From: Klebsormidium nitens
Lineage: Eukaryota; Plantae; Klebsormidiophyceae
Reading direction: 5' to 3'
Assembly: GCA_000708835.1 (NCBI GenBank)
Contig: DF237660.1
Span: 1 to 41,502, forward strand
Length of the DNA: 41,502 nucleotides
Positions 39,571 to 41,502 of the stretch are shown in pieces; within the stretch, counting starts at the first letter, position 1, and every line of letters begins with the position of its first letter. The notes beneath the pieces are model-generated. The model did no database searches. It had not been told where the DNA came from and worked only from the letters and a program-made list of their open reading frames with translations. The position numbers were made by a program, and so were the translations under genes.

Positions 39571-41502
39571 ACTCCTTGTTAGCATGGGAGAGGCGCGAAG
39601 GCGCCTGCTGATAAACTCAGTCTCGGCTCGAGAAGGTGGTGTAAAGGTTACACCTTTGGTGGAATCCAGAGACTACATGTTTCATCCTGCTCCTTCTTGG
39701 GAGTTGCATGCATAATCTCATGTGTATGATATTATGAGTCGCAGAGGCTTGCGATCCGTGCACATGCATAGACTCAGACAGTATGCCCGTTTGAATTCAA
39801 CCGGATCCGGCCATTCGACGGCGGAACTGGCTCGGGGTTTAACTCGGGGGCGCACTGCGCGTTGTTGAAACACAGCGTTGTTGGAAGTGATCGTTGTGGG
39901 GCATCATCAATCTCTGGACCGCAATTTTCAGAGGGCGCCTACTGGCGACAATGGCTGCCGGAAATATCAAGGTTCACCAGTGGAACCTGCGTTTGCTCTA
40001 TGGCCCTATCGTTTTTGGCAGTAAAGCAATTGGAGAGCATCTCTCAGGAGCTCTGCAATGATGCTAGATGCACTTATCCTGTCTGACCACACAAGTATTA
40101 CCCATAATGGCCTCAACGAGCAAATGGCCTGAAAGAGTGCGAGCGCCTGCCGTCTTGCTGGTGGGTTCAAAGCCTGACAGCAACGGAAATTGATTGTATC
40201 ATTGAGCTTACTAGTGCTCAAGCTGGCTGCCGCAGCATTGAAGTGCAGCTACTTTGAAGCATCAGATTGCCGGGAGGCTTCAAAAAATTGTGGCACATTG
40301 AAAGCCCATTTAAAGCCACAGAAGAAGGAAGGGGCAGCAACCTAAGCTAAGTTCCCAGCTCACTGTCGAAGCTTGGCTGTGCGTTGTTATTTATCTGGAT
40401 GTAAGCCGTTTGCTAGCTGTGCCCGTGTTTATTCAAAACTTTCCATTCAACGGTAAGTCAATGTGATGACGGAATTTGTGGGTCAGGACTGAGATCCAGT
40501 GCTGGACAAAAAGCAACAGGTGCTTAATCTGCCTTGGCAATGGCCTTTGCAATGAATCTGGATGCACCAATCTCAGACTGAGAGACTGGAGTACAAGCAA
40601 TGTGCTGGCGTTGAATGAGCAATGTTCGGAAAGCCTCGGGGACCCGGAAAGCCACCTACTTGAAAGCTACAATACAAGTTCGATCCAATTAGAAGCCACA
40701 CAGCAACTAGATACTGTTTCTTTCCTGTTTAGTTCGTTTCAAGGTTTAAAACATCCCAACAAGGTGCAACACCTCCAAGTCGATAACTCGCCAAAGAACC
40801 TTGCCCTGCTAGACCCCGGCTAGTTCACACTTACCATGGGCACTTGCTCCTAAAATACCGCTAAGCTCCAGAATGAACTTCATTCAGTGCCAACCTTTTT
40901 TTAGCCACCTTCTGATCATCATTCGGCTGCTATCCTTCCCGCACTTTTCATTTTCAATGAAAACCACGGCCAACGTCCTGGCGCTTCCACTTCCATCCTA
41001 AACTAAGAAACAATCAGAAGCTGATGGTCATTGAATATGACTCGGCGATTACTCTGTGATCTTAGCATGTGCACTCTATGACTCTGGCCTTATCTCCCCA
41101 ATTCCCTTCTTCGATTTCTAAAAGCCACCGTTCTAAGTCTGGCGCCTACACCAAGTCTACTAGTCAGGGACCAGTTGACGCTCTGAACCCTCAAAAACTT
41201 TCTTGAATCTGTTTCAATGGAACATTTGCACCCCGGTTTGCACGAGCTAGAATATCTTGCCAATTGGCGGCCAATCAAAAAGTCTGCTCGTTGTTTTTGA
41301 AAGTTTCAGACGAGTACTGTGCTTGCTCGCTGTTTCAAGAGTGTCGGACGGATATTGTGCTTGCTTTCAGGATTTAATGTTCTAAACCTTGCATTTCAGA
41401 TGGATCTGTCTCGTCATATTAATATCGCATTGAGCCGTGTTACAATCCGGTGATTATGGTCAGCCGGATTACTCCGTGATTAGGGTTCGGACCGAGTTAG
41501 GG

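Noticed and set aside
41479-41502. Two TTAGGG hexamers at the window end
   Set aside because: They are non-adjacent and only two copies, which is insufficient for a telomeric array.
36450-41502. Short ORFs in the AT-richer right end
   Set aside because: No family was recognised apart from one weak gag-like fragment; treated as intergenic or decayed repeat DNA.

Overview
Eukaryotic nuclear DNA, most likely from a streptophyte alga or early-diverging plant (inferred from spliceosomal GT-AG introns and a complete RETICULATA/RER1-like chloroplast-protein gene at 33965-36437). Between a Crinkler-type NTPase/REase gene (1-2974) and that host gene lies a ~27 kb virus- or transposon-like island. It carries: (i) a ~20-exon, ~2,120-aa gene ending in an AEP primase-polymerase fused to a herpes UL9/origin-binding-type SF2 helicase; (ii) an intronless cassette of HIRAN, hypothetical, tyrosine recombinase, hypothetical and Prim-Pol/D5-type SF3 primase-helicase; (iii) a convergent two-exon SWIM/CxC-KDZ transposase gene; (iv) intronless genes nested antisense inside introns of the two large genes; (v) arrays of a ~62-bp self-palindromic repeat, with two 7-unit arrays (11322-12133 and 32292-33151) in mirror orientation around the catalytic core. 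I recognised no capsid, packaging ATPase or PolB gene. Most frame breaks are single-base indels in homopolymer runs, so they may be assembly errors. The last ~5 kb is AT-richer, with at most degenerate retroelement debris. All protein calls come from motif recognition by eye; no database searches were run.
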